Positions 1 through 10,441 are shown, counted from the first letter of the stretch. The stretch: 46,218 bases of DNA from Candidatus Pacearchaeota archaeon (GCA_050124795.1 JASFEO010000009.1:1-46218); one strand, 5' to 3'. Program-made: numbers and translations. Notes: generated from the letters alone by a model not told the origin.

Positions 1-137
1 TTATGGTAGGAGAAATAATAAGTGAATATATTTTGACAGATAAGATAAATCCATTAATAATAAATAAATCAGTAGATAGGATTATGGATAATATCAACAG
101 GTGGGAAAAGTCCGATGAAGAAATTTACGATAATGAG
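1..137. repeat. Terminal direct repeat, left copy (circular assembly overlap)
   Basis: 1-137 matches 46082-46218 except one synonymous A/G difference (11 vs 46092). Confidence 0.95.
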
Positions 138-193
138 AATACCGATAAGGACATGGAAGAAGAATTAAGAAATAAATTAAATCCGATGAAGCA

Positions 194-889
194 ATGAATA
201 AAATAAAAACAATAAAAAAAGTAAGAATTGATTTTAATGAGCCGCACATAACCTATAGAAATTCCAAGGAACAGAAAATCGTTGGAGTTACTACTGCCCT
301 GAAAGAACTGGCCATACAAGCACTTGTTGGCTGGGCTTATAAAAAAGGTAAGGAAGGCCAAAATCTTTATGAACAGGGTGAATCTGCTAATGTTGGGACA
401 GTAATTCATGCAAGAATACTCGGTTACTTCTCAGGATATGAAATAGATAAATATAATATAAGCCAGGAAGTATGGGACTGGTCTGAAAATAGCATGAAAT
501 CATTTAAACAACATATTAGGGGTAAAAAAATTGAGGTGATTATAGCAGAAACACCATTAATAAGTGAAAAATATCAATATGGGGGTACACTTGATATATA
601 TGCCTATGTGGACAAAATCCGAGAACTTTGGGATTTTAAGAGTGGTTCGGGGATATATGAAACAAATATTTATCAGTTGGCGGCTCTTAAGAATCTGCTT
701 ATTGAAAATGGCTTTGAACCACCGGAAAGAATTGTTCCGGTAAATATTCCTAAAAGTCCAGACAGTAGTTTTGCATTACAAAATTTAGAAGCTGACGGGA
801 TTGATGATGAATTTCAAATATTTTTAGATAGTGTAGATATTTATTATAGGAAAAGAAAAATTAAAGCTAAGAAGAAAGGAAAGAAATAA
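194..889 (+). CDS. PD-(D/E)XK exonuclease-like protein
   Basis: G-T-x-I-H motif, E-x-P-L, GGTLD...WDFKSG and Q-L-A-A motifs; lies next to a recombination gene. Confidence 0.75.
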   Translation: MNKIKTIKKVRIDFNEPHITYRNSKEQKIVGVTTALKELAIQALVGWAYKKGKEGQNLYEQGESANVGTVIHARILGYFSGYEIDKYNISQEVWDWSENSMKSFKQHIRGKKIEVIIAETPLISEKYQYGGTLDIYAYVDKIRELWDFKSGSGIYETNIYQLAALKNLLIENGFEPPERIVPVNIPKSPDSSFALQNLEADGIDDEFQIFLDSVDIYYRKRKIKAKKKGKK

Positions 890-1845
890 TGCCAATAAAA
901 GATTTTCAAGGACGTGGCCGGATTCCACGTTTAGGTAAGATACGGTTAGGGATAAAGAAACAAGGAACAAAATCCGACTATCCGTCAGCAGTAGACTATT
1001 TCGTTTGTCCCATAGAAGTAAGGGCAGTCTATGGGGACAAACCCAAAAAACTGCAAATAGCTTTTCATTCTGACAGTCTTGAAGAAGTCTTTCCACAGTA
1101 TTACAAACGTTACGGCAAGTCTACCGGCCTTGTCTGTAAGGGTGATGGTGAGATTGCTAATTGTATAAATACCGATACGGGAGAGTTTGAAGAAATTGAT
1201 TGTCGGGGCAGGGATTGTGAGTTTTATAAAAAGAACAAGTGCAAGGCAATAGGAAACCTGTACTTTATGATTAGGGGGGTTAAGAGATTTGGAGTATACC
1301 AGCTTGACACATCAAGCTACAACACAATCTTAAACGTAAATGGCGGTATAGAATATGCAAAGAAACTGACAGGCGGCAGACTTGCTACACTTCCATTTAT
1401 CCTTGAAGTAGTACCCCAGGAAGTAAACCCCGAGGGAAAGAAGAAGACTGTCTATGTGCTTCATCTTGAAGCAGACGTAGATAAAATGATGAAAGCTCTG
1501 GAGAATCCAAGTAAAGATATATTAAGTCTTGAAGGACCGTCAATCCCAGAAGGAAAGGACATTGAAGAAGACTTACATGAAAAGGGTTTGGTCAAATCAA
1601 TTAAAGTAACCGTAGATGAACTTAAAGATATGTGGATTAAGGTCGGCAAGCTTGGAAAGACTAAGGAAAAATTTAAAAAGTACTTGATTGAAAAATACAA
1701 AATCAAAGAGTCCTCAAAAGAACTTTCAAGGAAGCAGTTTGATGAAGTTATGGCCGAACTTAAAAAAGAACAGGAAAAAAAAGATAAGGAAGATGAACAA
1801 CTGGAAAAGGACATTGAACAAGCTGAAAAAGAAGGATTATTTTAA
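889..1845 (+). CDS. Gp3-like (recombination directionality factor-like) protein, probably a recombination function
   Basis: N-terminal PRLGKIRLGIK...YPSAVDYF and a Cys-rich C-x-GDGE...C...C...C segment typical of this family; paired with the exonuclease. Confidence 0.65.
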   Translation: MPIKDFQGRGRIPRLGKIRLGIKKQGTKSDYPSAVDYFVCPIEVRAVYGDKPKKLQIAFHSDSLEEVFPQYYKRYGKSTGLVCKGDGEIANCINTDTGEFEEIDCRGRDCEFYKKNKCKAIGNLYFMIRGVKRFGVYQLDTSSYNTILNVNGGIEYAKKLTGGRLATLPFILEVVPQEVNPEGKKKTVYVLHLEADVDKMMKALENPSKDILSLEGPSIPEGKDIEEDLHEKGLVKSIKVTVDELKDMWIKVGKLGKTKEKFKKYLIEKYKIKESSKELSRKQFDEVMAELKKEQEKKDKEDEQLEKDIEQAEKEGLF

Positions 1846-1975
1846 ATATGGGGCAGCACTTAATTGTTTATGAAAGGAGATTATGTCTTTTAAGGGATGG
1901 ATTAAAAGGTTAAATCTAAAATTATTAAATTCTAAGTGTTGCCCTGACTGAAATATTATTTATAAGGAGGATTAA

Positions 1976-2335
1976 ATGAAAAAAGTTATTGAAAGGGGTA
2001 ATTGGGAAATCAAGGGAGGATATTGTAAGCACTGTATTAATTATTTTGGGATAGTTAACTTCGCTTCAATTGATTATTGTCCATACTGTGGCTCAAAGAA
2101 TATTACTGTACCCACATATACAGATAGGAATAAGATACCCACTCTTGACATATCTCTATCCGAAGATTTGATATGTATGATAAAAGAACCAGAAACTCCA
2201 TCCGAAATAGTAGATAAGATAAAAGAGATATACCACAGTAATCGAGAAAGAGATTTAGCAGAAAGTAATCAAGACGAAGAAGAAATGGAAAAACTACTAT
2301 ATAAGCTAAAAGATTTAGCAGAAAAACATGACTAA
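1976..2335 (+). CDS. Zn-ribbon hypothetical protein
   Basis: CKHC...CPYCGS; strong AAGGAGG RBS. Confidence 0.6.
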   Translation: MKKVIERGNWEIKGGYCKHCINYFGIVNFASIDYCPYCGSKNITVPTYTDRNKIPTLDISLSEDLICMIKEPETPSEIVDKIKEIYHSNRERDLAESNQDEEEMEKLLYKLKDLAEKHD

Positions 2336-2463
2336 ACAATTACAACTAAGCATTATAGAACAAAAGGATTGGAGGAAGTTGGTATGACCTACTACAAAAA
2401 AATACAAATAGCATTTTATATAATAATTCTTACAGGTTTAGTATGTGGGATTGCCTGTAGGTT

Positions 2464-2829
2464 TTGGGGGTGGGGAGCGTGAGCACAACTTTTAAATTAA
2501 AAATTACTCCTGGCTATTCTTCTTTAGTAGATGAAGATTGGACAGAATCTTTTGTAGAAAGTCTTATAGAAAAACCCGATTGGGATGCCATAAAAGAAAT
2601 AGCATTAAATCGTCTTTTTTGTCCTGAATATTGTAGATTTTGTAAAACAAAAATTGATGATTTTGCTAATTATATAATCAAGAAAAACGCTTCACGTGGT
2701 GGGAGCGCAAGCGGTGGCAGAGATTGTAGGGAAATAAAAGAAATACTTCAAAAGGCGTACTTGATTTGGATTATAGAGGAAACAGCTAAAAGAAGGATGA
2801 ATATAAATATAAAATTTGAGACTTTTTAA
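2464..2829 (+). CDS. Hypothetical protein (start uncertain)
   Basis: 121-aa ORF abutting the next gene. Confidence 0.45.
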   Translation: MGVGSVSTTFKLKITPGYSSLVDEDWTESFVESLIEKPDWDAIKEIALNRLFCPEYCRFCKTKIDDFANYIIKKNASRGGSASGGRDCREIKEILQKAYLIWIIEETAKRRMNINIKFETF

Positions 2830-3063
2830 ATGAAAATAATAGCTATTCTTGAAATGAATTATTTAAGAGGTAAGATAATGATTCCAACAGTTTTACCAGA
2901 TTTAAGAATACCATTTTTGGAAGGTAGTAGGATTATGGAATCAGCAGAATCTATGGAAATTCCAGATAAACCATCAATCTCAACACTATTATTCAGATTA
3001 ATAAAAACAGAGCAAATTAATAAAACAGTTTTTGCTTATTATAAATTTGAAAGATTTGATTAA
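2830..3063 (+). CDS. Hypothetical protein
   Basis: ORF in tandem early array. Confidence 0.45.
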   Translation: MKIIAILEMNYLRGKIMIPTVLPDLRIPFLEGSRIMESAESMEIPDKPSISTLLFRLIKTEQINKTVFAYYKFERFD

Positions 3064-3309
3064 ATGAAAAACCATAAACACATACGCTATATAGCAATAT
3101 CTATAGGATTAATTCTTATAGTGGGGATTATTATAATTAAATGTATAGGAGGGTGAAGATGATAAATGCTTTATTGATAAGTCTGTTAGTGATTACTTCT
3201 TTGGAATTGGGTGTTGGTGTTATTATGGCTTTTGTTTGGTTGATATTTATAATCATAACATCATTATATTTCATAGATTAAATTCATTATATTTTAGTTT
3301 TAAATAGTT

Positions 3310-3460
3310 TGGGGTGAATCTATGCAGGTTAATAACCAAGATAAGAAGTGCCTGTCAACGCTAAGGATAAGAAGCAGGGTATCGAGAGGTATCAAGGTGT
3401 CTTATTCGCATTTGCAAATGATACGTTGCCCACAGCTTATCACCTGTATAGAGAACCCCA
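3310..3460 (+). ncRNA. Candidate rod-like structured RNA
   Basis: Nested helices 3310-15/3455-60, 3319-29/3442-52, 3340-45/3436-41, 3356-60/3424-28, 3365-72/3400-07; apical GAGA tetraloop; G.U pairs favour the + strand; intergenic and GC-richer than flanks. Confidence 0.6.
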
Positions 3461-3669
3461 CCCAATTATTATATTTTAGTTTTAGTTAGGGGGGGGGAGA
3501 TGGACTTTATAGGTTATTTAAATCAATTTTTTCAAGAAAATCCCGAACAATTAAACACAACTGAAGAAAAAGCTCTAAGGAAACAGATGGAATTTGAAAA
3601 TGAAATTAGATTAGAGGAATTTGTAAATTCTCCAGTAGAATTACCTAAAAAAATACAGAAAGGAAATAA

Positions 3670-4221
3670 TTGAAAAGAAATAAACTTACAATCTTAATCT
3701 TAATAGCAATGATATTTACTCTTATTATTATAATTCTAATAAGGGAAAATCAGTACAATATAAATATGGCCGATTATCTTAGCCGAGAAGTACAGCGGGA
3801 AAATGTCAGGTTAAAACTGCTTAGTGGATTTGTAGATAATTATAATGAACTGCAAGATGAATACTTAGAGCTTAACTTAAAATACGATAAGCTTGCCAAA
3901 GATTTTGGATATTATAATGATAGCTGGGAAGAATTTATCATTACTGGATATTCTGCCAATGACCCACAGCAAGGCACGAACAATATAATAGCCACCACTT
4001 TTAACCTTGACTTAACCAGAGTCCAAAACTTGCCCATAATCGCTACCGACCCTGACGTTATATCGCTTTATTCCATAGTCGAGATTAAAGACCTGGGTGC
4101 TTATATAAGTTTGGACACTGGCGGTTTGATAAGGGGAAACCGTATAGATATTTATTTTGATAGTAAGGATAAGGCATTGGAATTTGGTGTGCAGGAAAGA
4201 GAAGTGAGGATTATTAAATGA
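3670..4221 (+). CDS. Membrane-anchored 3D-domain protein (putative lytic transglycosylase-like)
   Basis: N-terminal TM segment, coiled coil, TGYS...IATDPDVI...DTGGLIRGNRIDIYF. Confidence 0.85.
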   Translation: MKRNKLTILILIAMIFTLIIIILIRENQYNINMADYLSREVQRENVRLKLLSGFVDNYNELQDEYLELNLKYDKLAKDFGYYNDSWEEFIITGYSANDPQQGTNNIIATTFNLDLTRVQNLPIIATDPDVISLYSIVEIKDLGAYISLDTGGLIRGNRIDIYFDSKDKALEFGVQEREVRIIK

Positions 4222-4916
4222 TTAAACCATATTATGAAGAAGAAAATATTACTATTTACAATGGAGATTGTTTGAAAGTGATGAAGGAATTGCCAGATAA
4301 AAGTATTGATTGTGTAATTACTGACCCGCCATATAAAGTAAGTCAAAAATATGGTGGTGGTATAGATGCAGACAATTTAACTGCAGTAAGTAGTGTCTTA
4401 AAAATAATGCCTGAAATTTCAAGAGTATTAAAACCCAATAGGTTTGGGGTAATTTTTTATGATAATAGAATTTTACCATTTTTATTTGAAAGTATTAAGG
4501 GAACAAATTTGATTTATAGAAAACAAATTTTTCTTTACAGAAGATGGGGAAATGCTAACCGTTGGTGTGGTTGGATGCAAACCACTGACCCAGTTTGTAT
4601 ATTTATAAATGGTTATAATAAACCCTTTATGCCCAAGATTAAGGGGCGAGTATTACACGATGTTTTTATTAAAGATAAACCAGAAAAATTTAATGCAGAA
4701 CATTTAGCACAAAAACCCCTTGAAATGATAAAACACATAATAGGTTGGTGTAGTGATGAAAATGAAATAATTTTAGATTGTTATTTGGGTTCAGGCACAA
4801 CCGCAAGAGCCTGTAAAGATTTAGGACGCAAATGTATAGGTATAGAAATAAGTAAAAAATATTGTGATATAGCAATTAGAAGATTGGGACAGGAGGTATT
4901 AAATCTAAATGATTAA
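4218..4916 (+). CDS. DNA methyltransferase, N6-A/N4-C beta class
   Basis: TDPPY precedes H..QKP and LDCYLGSGTT. Confidence 0.9.
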   Translation: MIKPYYEEENITIYNGDCLKVMKELPDKSIDCVITDPPYKVSQKYGGGIDADNLTAVSSVLKIMPEISRVLKPNRFGVIFYDNRILPFLFESIKGTNLIYRKQIFLYRRWGNANRWCGWMQTTDPVCIFINGYNKPFMPKIKGRVLHDVFIKDKPEKFNAEHLAQKPLEMIKHIIGWCSDENEIILDCYLGSGTTARACKDLGRKCIGIEISKKYCDIAIRRLGQEVLNLND

Positions 4917-5002
4917 ACAACTACTATTCATAATTTTTATTATATTTTTAGCAGTTATAAGTTGGGTGTTGATTACAATTATTAATATGAAAGGAAGATA
5001 AA

Positions 5003-5290
5003 ATGACAAATAAAGAGAAAATGTATCTTATAAGTGAAGAAGATATAAAAAGAATTAAATTTATGTTTAAAACTTATAGAAATGCTTATAATGCCATAGA
5101 TGATTTCCTCAAATCCAAAATTCCAGTAGAGATTATTGCAGACGGTGTTATTGGTGGAATACATTATATTCCACCAAATTCTGTTGAGATTGAATTTAAA
5201 ATTAAACCACCAATAAAAATTACAGTTGGTCAGGTTTTTGAAATAAACAAATCAGGCACTCTCTTTTGGGTGCAGGATAAAGAGGAATGA
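5003..5290 (+). CDS. Hypothetical protein, paralog of 9175-9471
   Basis: Shared MTNKEKMYL start and KSGTLFWVQDKEE end. Confidence 0.6.
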   Translation: MTNKEKMYLISEEDIKRIKFMFKTYRNAYNAIDDFLKSKIPVEIIADGVIGGIHYIPPNSVEIEFKIKPPIKITVGQVFEINKSGTLFWVQDKEE

Positions 5291-5511
5291 TGAAAGTAAT
5301 AGATAGAATATTGGTTGATGGAGTAGGGCAGATTTATAGAAGTTATGCTAAAGAAGTACCAGAAGATATTGAAGTAATTAAAAAAAATGGTGAAATGGCC
5401 GAAGTTGACTGGTATAAGCAGGGTAATATGGAATGGAATGGTAAATATGTAATTGAGGTTGAGTATATTGATTTACCAAGCAATTTAAAAACCAAAAAGA
5501 AAGGTAAATAA
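5287..5511 (+). CDS. Hypothetical protein
   Basis: RBS GAGGA; C-terminus LKTKKKGK shared with 9472-9681. Confidence 0.5.
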   Translation: MMKVIDRILVDGVGQIYRSYAKEVPEDIEVIKKNGEMAEVDWYKQGNMEWNGKYVIEVEYIDLPSNLKTKKKGK

Positions 5512-5866
5512 TGGAGATAAATAATAATAAGGAATCCGAAATGGTAAACCCACACTGGAACAACAAAAACAATTTAGCAAGAATTGGCTATAAAACATTT
5601 AGGGGTTTAGTCGGTATGCTCAAGAGGATAAATGACAGTTGTATCAAAAAGAGATATAAATAAATGATTGAAATAATAAGATATTTAAATAGAAATGATT
5701 TTAATAGATATATAAATAAACATGGAGCAGGCATATTCATATATTTTGATAAATTATCTTATTGTTTTAGTGCTCAAAAAACTAAAGAATATAATATTCC
5801 AATAAAAATTATAATCCCAGAAGAAAAAGATTTAGGACAAGAGGTATTGAATTTTACGGAGGTTAA

Positions 5867-6742
5867 GTGAGAAGAAATTGGATTAAATTATATGTAGACC
5901 AGACACTTAGGGGGAGTTGTTTTGATGAGCTTTTACCTGATGAAAGATTTGTCTGGTTCGGGTTTTTACTGTTAGCTGGAGATAATGCCTGTGAGGGAAA
6001 GATATCAATTACTGAAGAAATGGGCTATACAAACAATCAATTATCGGTACTTTTGAAGTGTAAAAAGTCATTAATTGAGCGTTCAATTGGCAAAATGATA
6101 GCCGTAAATAAGATAAAAATAGGCAAAAATAACGTCATAAAAATAGTCAATTGGCAGAAATATCAATCTGAATATCAGCGTCAAAAGCCATATCGTAGTA
6201 ACGAAAAGTTACTAAGCGGAGTTACTACCGAGGGTGACGGTATAGAAAGAGAAGGAGAAAGAGATATAGAAAGAGATATAGATAAAGATAAGAATATTAA
6301 TATATATAAGGAGCTTTTAGATTTTTTTAATAATAAATTTAATTCTAAATACCGTTTAACCGATAAATTAAAATCACATATAAAGCAACGTCTTAAAACA
6401 TACAGTCAAGAAGAAATAAAACAAGCTATATCAATAATGGCAGCAACCCCATTTTACAGGGGAAAGAACGACCGTAACTGGAAAGCCGACCCGCAGTACC
6501 TTTTTAGAAATGATGACAACATAGATAGATTATTAAACAATATAGAAATTAAGAAACGGTTAGTCCAAGCAGATAAAGCCGAAGCTAAATGGAACGAGGT
6601 CAAGGAGAAACCGGAAAAAGAACTAACTCCCCAGCAGAAGAAACAGCAAAGAATAATTTATTTAAAGACAATGATAAATGCAAAATCTAAAAACAGCGAG
6701 CGGTATAGGAAAGAATTAAGAGAATTGGAAAAACAATATTAA
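5867..6742 (+). CDS. Phage replication initiator (replisome organiser-type)
   Basis: N-terminal WIKL...W..FLLLAG...G.I wHTH, NWQKYQ motif, charged linker, C-terminal FY.GKNDRNWKAD..YLFR domain; GGAGG RBS before GTG. Confidence 0.8.
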   Translation: MRRNWIKLYVDQTLRGSCFDELLPDERFVWFGFLLLAGDNACEGKISITEEMGYTNNQLSVLLKCKKSLIERSIGKMIAVNKIKIGKNNVIKIVNWQKYQSEYQRQKPYRSNEKLLSGVTTEGDGIEREGERDIERDIDKDKNINIYKELLDFFNNKFNSKYRLTDKLKSHIKQRLKTYSQEEIKQAISIMAATPFYRGKNDRNWKADPQYLFRNDDNIDRLLNNIEIKKRLVQADKAEAKWNEVKEKPEKELTPQQKKQQRIIYLKTMINAKSKNSERYRKELRELEKQY

Positions 6743-7152
6743 CATTTAGGAGGAATAAATGAGGTTAGAGATATTAAATTATGAAGTAGATTTTATGACA
6801 TGGTTTGCATTTGCTATTGGTGATTTTTTAGGAATAGATTTACATACTTATTTTAATTATGAAACACATTTAGAGCTTTGGATTGGCAATAAAATTTATG
6901 AAAAGAGGTGGTAGGGGTGATAACAAAAAATGATATTGAGGAAGCAAAAAGAATAAATGGCTTCATAGTTGAGGATTTTGAAAAAGATATTGAAAAGATT
7001 GCCTTAATGGTTGCGAATTTAATAGATAAGAACTTTGCTCCGAATTTAACTATTAGAGAAATCCACAACGCTATAGAGGATAAAACAACATTTAAAAGAA
7101 AAGGGGATGGAGAATATGAATGGAAATATGCAACTAAATTATTACCTTATGG

Positions 7153-7653
7153 GTGTTAGGAGTACCAATGACAACTAAAAATAATAAGGAGATTGTAATT
7201 GAGGAATTGAAAAAAGAATTACCTCTTTGTGATGAACGCGATAGACATTATCGTGATATACATATTGAATATATCGCTACCAATCTCCTATCAAAACTTA
7301 ATAAGCTGGATAGGGAGAATGTTGAGAAGATAATAGAACAGGAAATGGTTAAACATTATTTTGGTGCTATTTCTTTACCCATAGAAGAATGGATAGAAAT
7401 TACTGATACGCATCCTAAGGATTTAATGTTAAATATAACCAACCAAATCATTTCCCTTATACCAGAAGAAGGAGAAGTGATTACTGAACAAAAAGAATGT
7501 CAAATTGTCTGTCAATTGCATATTGAAACGGAATATCGCAAATATGATTATGAGGTTGAGAACGGAGAAATAATTGATTTTGTAAGTCTTAGTGGCAAAA
7601 AGATAAGAATAATACCTAAAATTAAGTTTAAAGAATTTAAAACAAAAACATAA
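7153..7653 (+). CDS. Hypothetical protein (likely start ATG 7168)
   Basis: AGGAG upstream of ATG 7168; ORF in early array. Confidence 0.5.
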   Translation: MLGVPMTTKNNKEIVIEELKKELPLCDERDRHYRDIHIEYIATNLLSKLNKLDRENVEKIIEQEMVKHYFGAISLPIEEWIEITDTHPKDLMLNITNQIISLIPEEGEVITEQKECQIVCQLHIETEYRKYDYEVENGEIIDFVSLSGKKIRIIPKIKFKEFKTKT

Positions 7654-7671
7654 CGATAAGGGTGATAGGGA

Positions 7672-8148
7672 ATGAATAAATATTTTACAAAAGAGTATAT
7701 CAAAGAATGTGATTGTGGGGAGATACAAAATATTAAAAAGGATTATATAGAACAAGGTAATTGGGTATATTCAGATTTTCATAAGGAAGCAACATTTATA
7801 AAAAAGATTGTAGGGGTTGGTAGTGATAAAAAATGGTACACAGCCAATTATGAATTATATTTTAATGATGAATTAAAATCCAAAATAAATAGAGTTAGAA
7901 GTGAATTAATCTGGCTACCCACGGGAGACCAATTAGAGCAAATTCTATTTGAGCAGGAATTAGAAAGAGAATTGAAAATAACTATAAATATTAGTCAATA
8001 TGTAACAACCATAGATATTGGGGTTTTGCATGTATATGGTACAGAAATTCAAGATACCCAAAGACACCGTGATTCAAAAATGGCAAAGCTTTTAGCATTA
8101 AAATCAATAATAAAGAATGATTTTAAATATGAGCCACCAGATTATTAA
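7672..8148 (+). CDS. Hypothetical protein
   Basis: 158-aa ORF with a WLP..DQL segment seen in small phage proteins. Confidence 0.55.
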   Translation: MNKYFTKEYIKECDCGEIQNIKKDYIEQGNWVYSDFHKEATFIKKIVGVGSDKKWYTANYELYFNDELKSKINRVRSELIWLPTGDQLEQILFEQELERELKITINISQYVTTIDIGVLHVYGTEIQDTQRHRDSKMAKLLALKSIIKNDFKYEPPDY

Positions 8149-8484
8149 TAAAACTACTAAAGGAGCTAATTAAAAATGGGAAATAAATATGATAAAGCAA
8201 TTGAAGTTTTGAATTGGCGATTATATGCCTTAAAGGAAAAAGTGGCACGAATAGAAAATTACGCACCCGAATATGGACAAGATTTATCTAAAGAAATATT
8301 AGAGATTAAAGAACTAAAATCTGCAATCAAAATACTTGAAAGAGAGGGGAAATGAAGACATATAAATTGGCAGAATTAGAAATAAAATACAATGAACTCA
8401 TAGGAGAAATTAAAACAGTCATAAATTTCGATTATGACAGCATGGGAGATTTAAAGTATGATTTAAATATTATTTTAGAGGAAT

Positions 8485-9003
8485 TTGAGGAATCCAATGA
8501 AAAATAAAAATATTAAAGATAAGGATATTGAGGGGATAAAAGCAAAGCCCTTGAAATGGGTAAAGGTTAAACCACCAGAATGTTTTGAGGATTGGTCACA
8601 TAATGCAAAGATAGAAGTCTTAAAACTTAATAATGAATCCGCTTATTATCAAGTTCATCAAATGCATGGATATGAGATAAGGGCAAGTTTTTGGTGTGGT
8701 AATAAAGGAATGGATATAGGCGATAGCTTTAAAGAATATTCTTCTTTACGGGAGGCAAAAAACGCTTGTCAAAATCATTATGATAGAGTAATTAAAGAAA
8801 ATATAGACAAAGAAATCCTATCCAAGCTAAAAGAAAATGAGATAGTGCTGGCAGAGGGGAGAGTAGAATATAACGAGATAGCCGATAGCCACATAATAGA
8901 TTGTCTTGAAATTCATGCTGATAATAATGTAACTTATAAAAAATTTATGAGGTTGGAAAATCAGAAAATCCGACTAAAAGCAGAGGTGATTGAAGATGAT
9001 TAG
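8485..9003 (+). CDS. Hypothetical protein
   Basis: 172-aa ORF; start probably ATG 8497. Confidence 0.5.
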   Translation: MRNPMKNKNIKDKDIEGIKAKPLKWVKVKPPECFEDWSHNAKIEVLKLNNESAYYQVHQMHGYEIRASFWCGNKGMDIGDSFKEYSSLREAKNACQNHYDRVIKENIDKEILSKLKENEIVLAEGRVEYNEIADSHIIDCLEIHADNNVTYKKFMRLENQKIRLKAEVIEDD

Positions 9004-9175
9004 AATTTGGAAATGCCCACGTTGCGGAAAAGAAACATCTGGAAGTTACAGTTATGGTGGTTGTCGCATGGCTATTTGTTGGGATTGTCAAGATGAAGAT
9101 AATAAAGAGCTGGTGAAAAGGGATAATCCCAAATATGAAAAAGAATTAATTGAAAGAATTAGAAAGGAACAATAA
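8990..9175 (+). CDS. Small Zn-finger protein
   Basis: CPRC...CWDC; GAGGTG RBS. Confidence 0.55.
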   Translation: MKMIRIWKCPRCGKETSGSYSYGGCRMAICWDCQDEDNKELVKRDNPKYEKELIERIRKEQ

Positions 9176-9471
9176 TGACAAATAAAGAGAAAATGTATTT
9201 GGTGAGTGAAGGGGAATTAGAATATCTACTTAATTATATCTCTAATGAGGGTACTCAAAAAATGATTAAATCTCTTATAAAATCCAAAACCCCAGCAAAG
9301 GTTATTGTGAGTGGAAAGGTTGGGTATATAACACTAAAAAGTATTGATAGAACACATTATGAAGTTTTTAATATTGGCGAAGCTTCTTTTAATGGGGTAA
9401 TAAAGGAAATATTAGAAGGATACAAAAACAAATCAGGCACTCTCTTTTGGGTGCAGGATAAGGAGGAATAG
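9175..9471 (+). CDS. Hypothetical protein, paralog of 5003-5290
   Basis: Identical termini at DNA and protein level. Confidence 0.6.
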   Translation: MTNKEKMYLVSEGELEYLLNYISNEGTQKMIKSLIKSKTPAKVIVSGKVGYITLKSIDRTHYEVFNIGEASFNGVIKEILEGYKNKSGTLFWVQDKEE

Positions 9472-9681
9472 ATGGATAAAAAATTAAAATTTTATGCTAT
9501 TTCTGCACTCGTTGATATTCGCGATTTAATAACAGCTGAATCAGAAGATAAAGCGAAAGAACTATATGAGAAATATTTAATACTAAATAATCATCATGTG
9601 ATGAGTATTTCAGTTTTTGCAGATTATAATAAGGAAATGACAAAGAAATATTGTTTAAAAACCAAAAAGAAAGGTAAATAA
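9472..9681 (+). CDS. Hypothetical protein
   Basis: AAGGAGG RBS. Confidence 0.5.
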   Translation: MDKKLKFYAISALVDIRDLITAESEDKAKELYEKYLILNNHHVMSISVFADYNKEMTKKYCLKTKKKGK

Positions 9682-9841
9682 TGGAGATAAATTACCCAAT
9701 CCATATTTTGAAAAAAGAATTTGTTAGATTGGGACAAGTGTATTCACCCAGAGAATTGGGGAAAAGTTTAAGTTGGATTAAAAAACGTAAAGCCGAAATT
9801 CTAAAAGCCATAAAAGTATTAGAAGAAAATAACAATACCAG

Positions 9842-10213
9842 ATGAAAACAAAGACAAAAAGTAGAAAATATTTAAAAAGAAAAGCAGATCGCCTTTGGTC
9901 TGAAATAATAAAAAGTAAAGGCAGATGTGAGATGTGCGGAAAACCAGCAAATAATCCTCATCATATAGTAGGTCGTAGAAATCATGCTCTCAGGTGGGAT
10001 ATACGCAATGGCTGTCTTTTATGTGCAAATTGTCATACATTCTCAAAATTCAGTGCACACCAAGACCCCATAGGGTTTCTGGAATGGTTTAAAATAGTTA
10101 GAAATGATGATTATGAGTATTTGCTTTCTAAGAGGAATGAAGTCTGGGATAAGGATTATGACAAAGTTATTAAGGATTTGGAGGAGGTGAAGAATGAAAT
10201 TATATCAACTTAG
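9842..10213 (+). CDS. HNH / NinG-like nuclease
   Basis: CEMCG...HHIVGR...RWD..N...LCANCH. Confidence 0.8.
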   Translation: MKTKTKSRKYLKRKADRLWSEIIKSKGRCEMCGKPANNPHHIVGRRNHALRWDIRNGCLLCANCHTFSKFSAHQDPIGFLEWFKIVRNDDYEYLLSKRNEVWDKDYDKVIKDLEEVKNEIIST

Positions 10214-10412
10214 AGAATTTATAGAAAATGCAGTTATGAGAGATATTGAAGAAAGCGATTTTAGAATTGGTGGAGTAATAAATGATAAAATTGATAAAAG
10301 AATAAGGCCGGTTTTGACAAAAATTCTACAGAGACTTGCTAAATTAGAAAAGTTGGCCAATGCAGATGATTATGAATATAAAAGAGAAACAAAGTTAGTC
10401 AAGAAAAAATGA
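10194..10412 (+). CDS. Hypothetical protein
   Basis: GGAGGTG RBS. Confidence 0.5.
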   Translation: MKLYQLREFIENAVMRDIEESDFRIGGVINDKIDKRIRPVLTKILQRLAKLEKLANADDYEYKRETKLVKKK

Positions 10413-10441
10413 AAACAAAAAATAACTAAAAACTCACCCTC

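Noticed and set aside
1-137. Biological terminal repeat of the virion DNA
   Set aside because: It falls mid-gene, and the HNH plus P27 TerS module points to cos packaging near 12.45 kb; more likely an assembly overlap.
2689-2718. ASRGGSASGG peptide reminiscent of palindromic-repeat-derived insertions in Patescibacteria proteins
   Set aside because: Single copy and the DNA is not palindromic; too weak for a host or mobile-element claim.
6243-6300. Purine-rich repeats (AGAAAGAGATATAG twice) in the initiator gene as origin iterons
   Set aside because: Plausible position, but only two short copies that are also explained by the charged linker.
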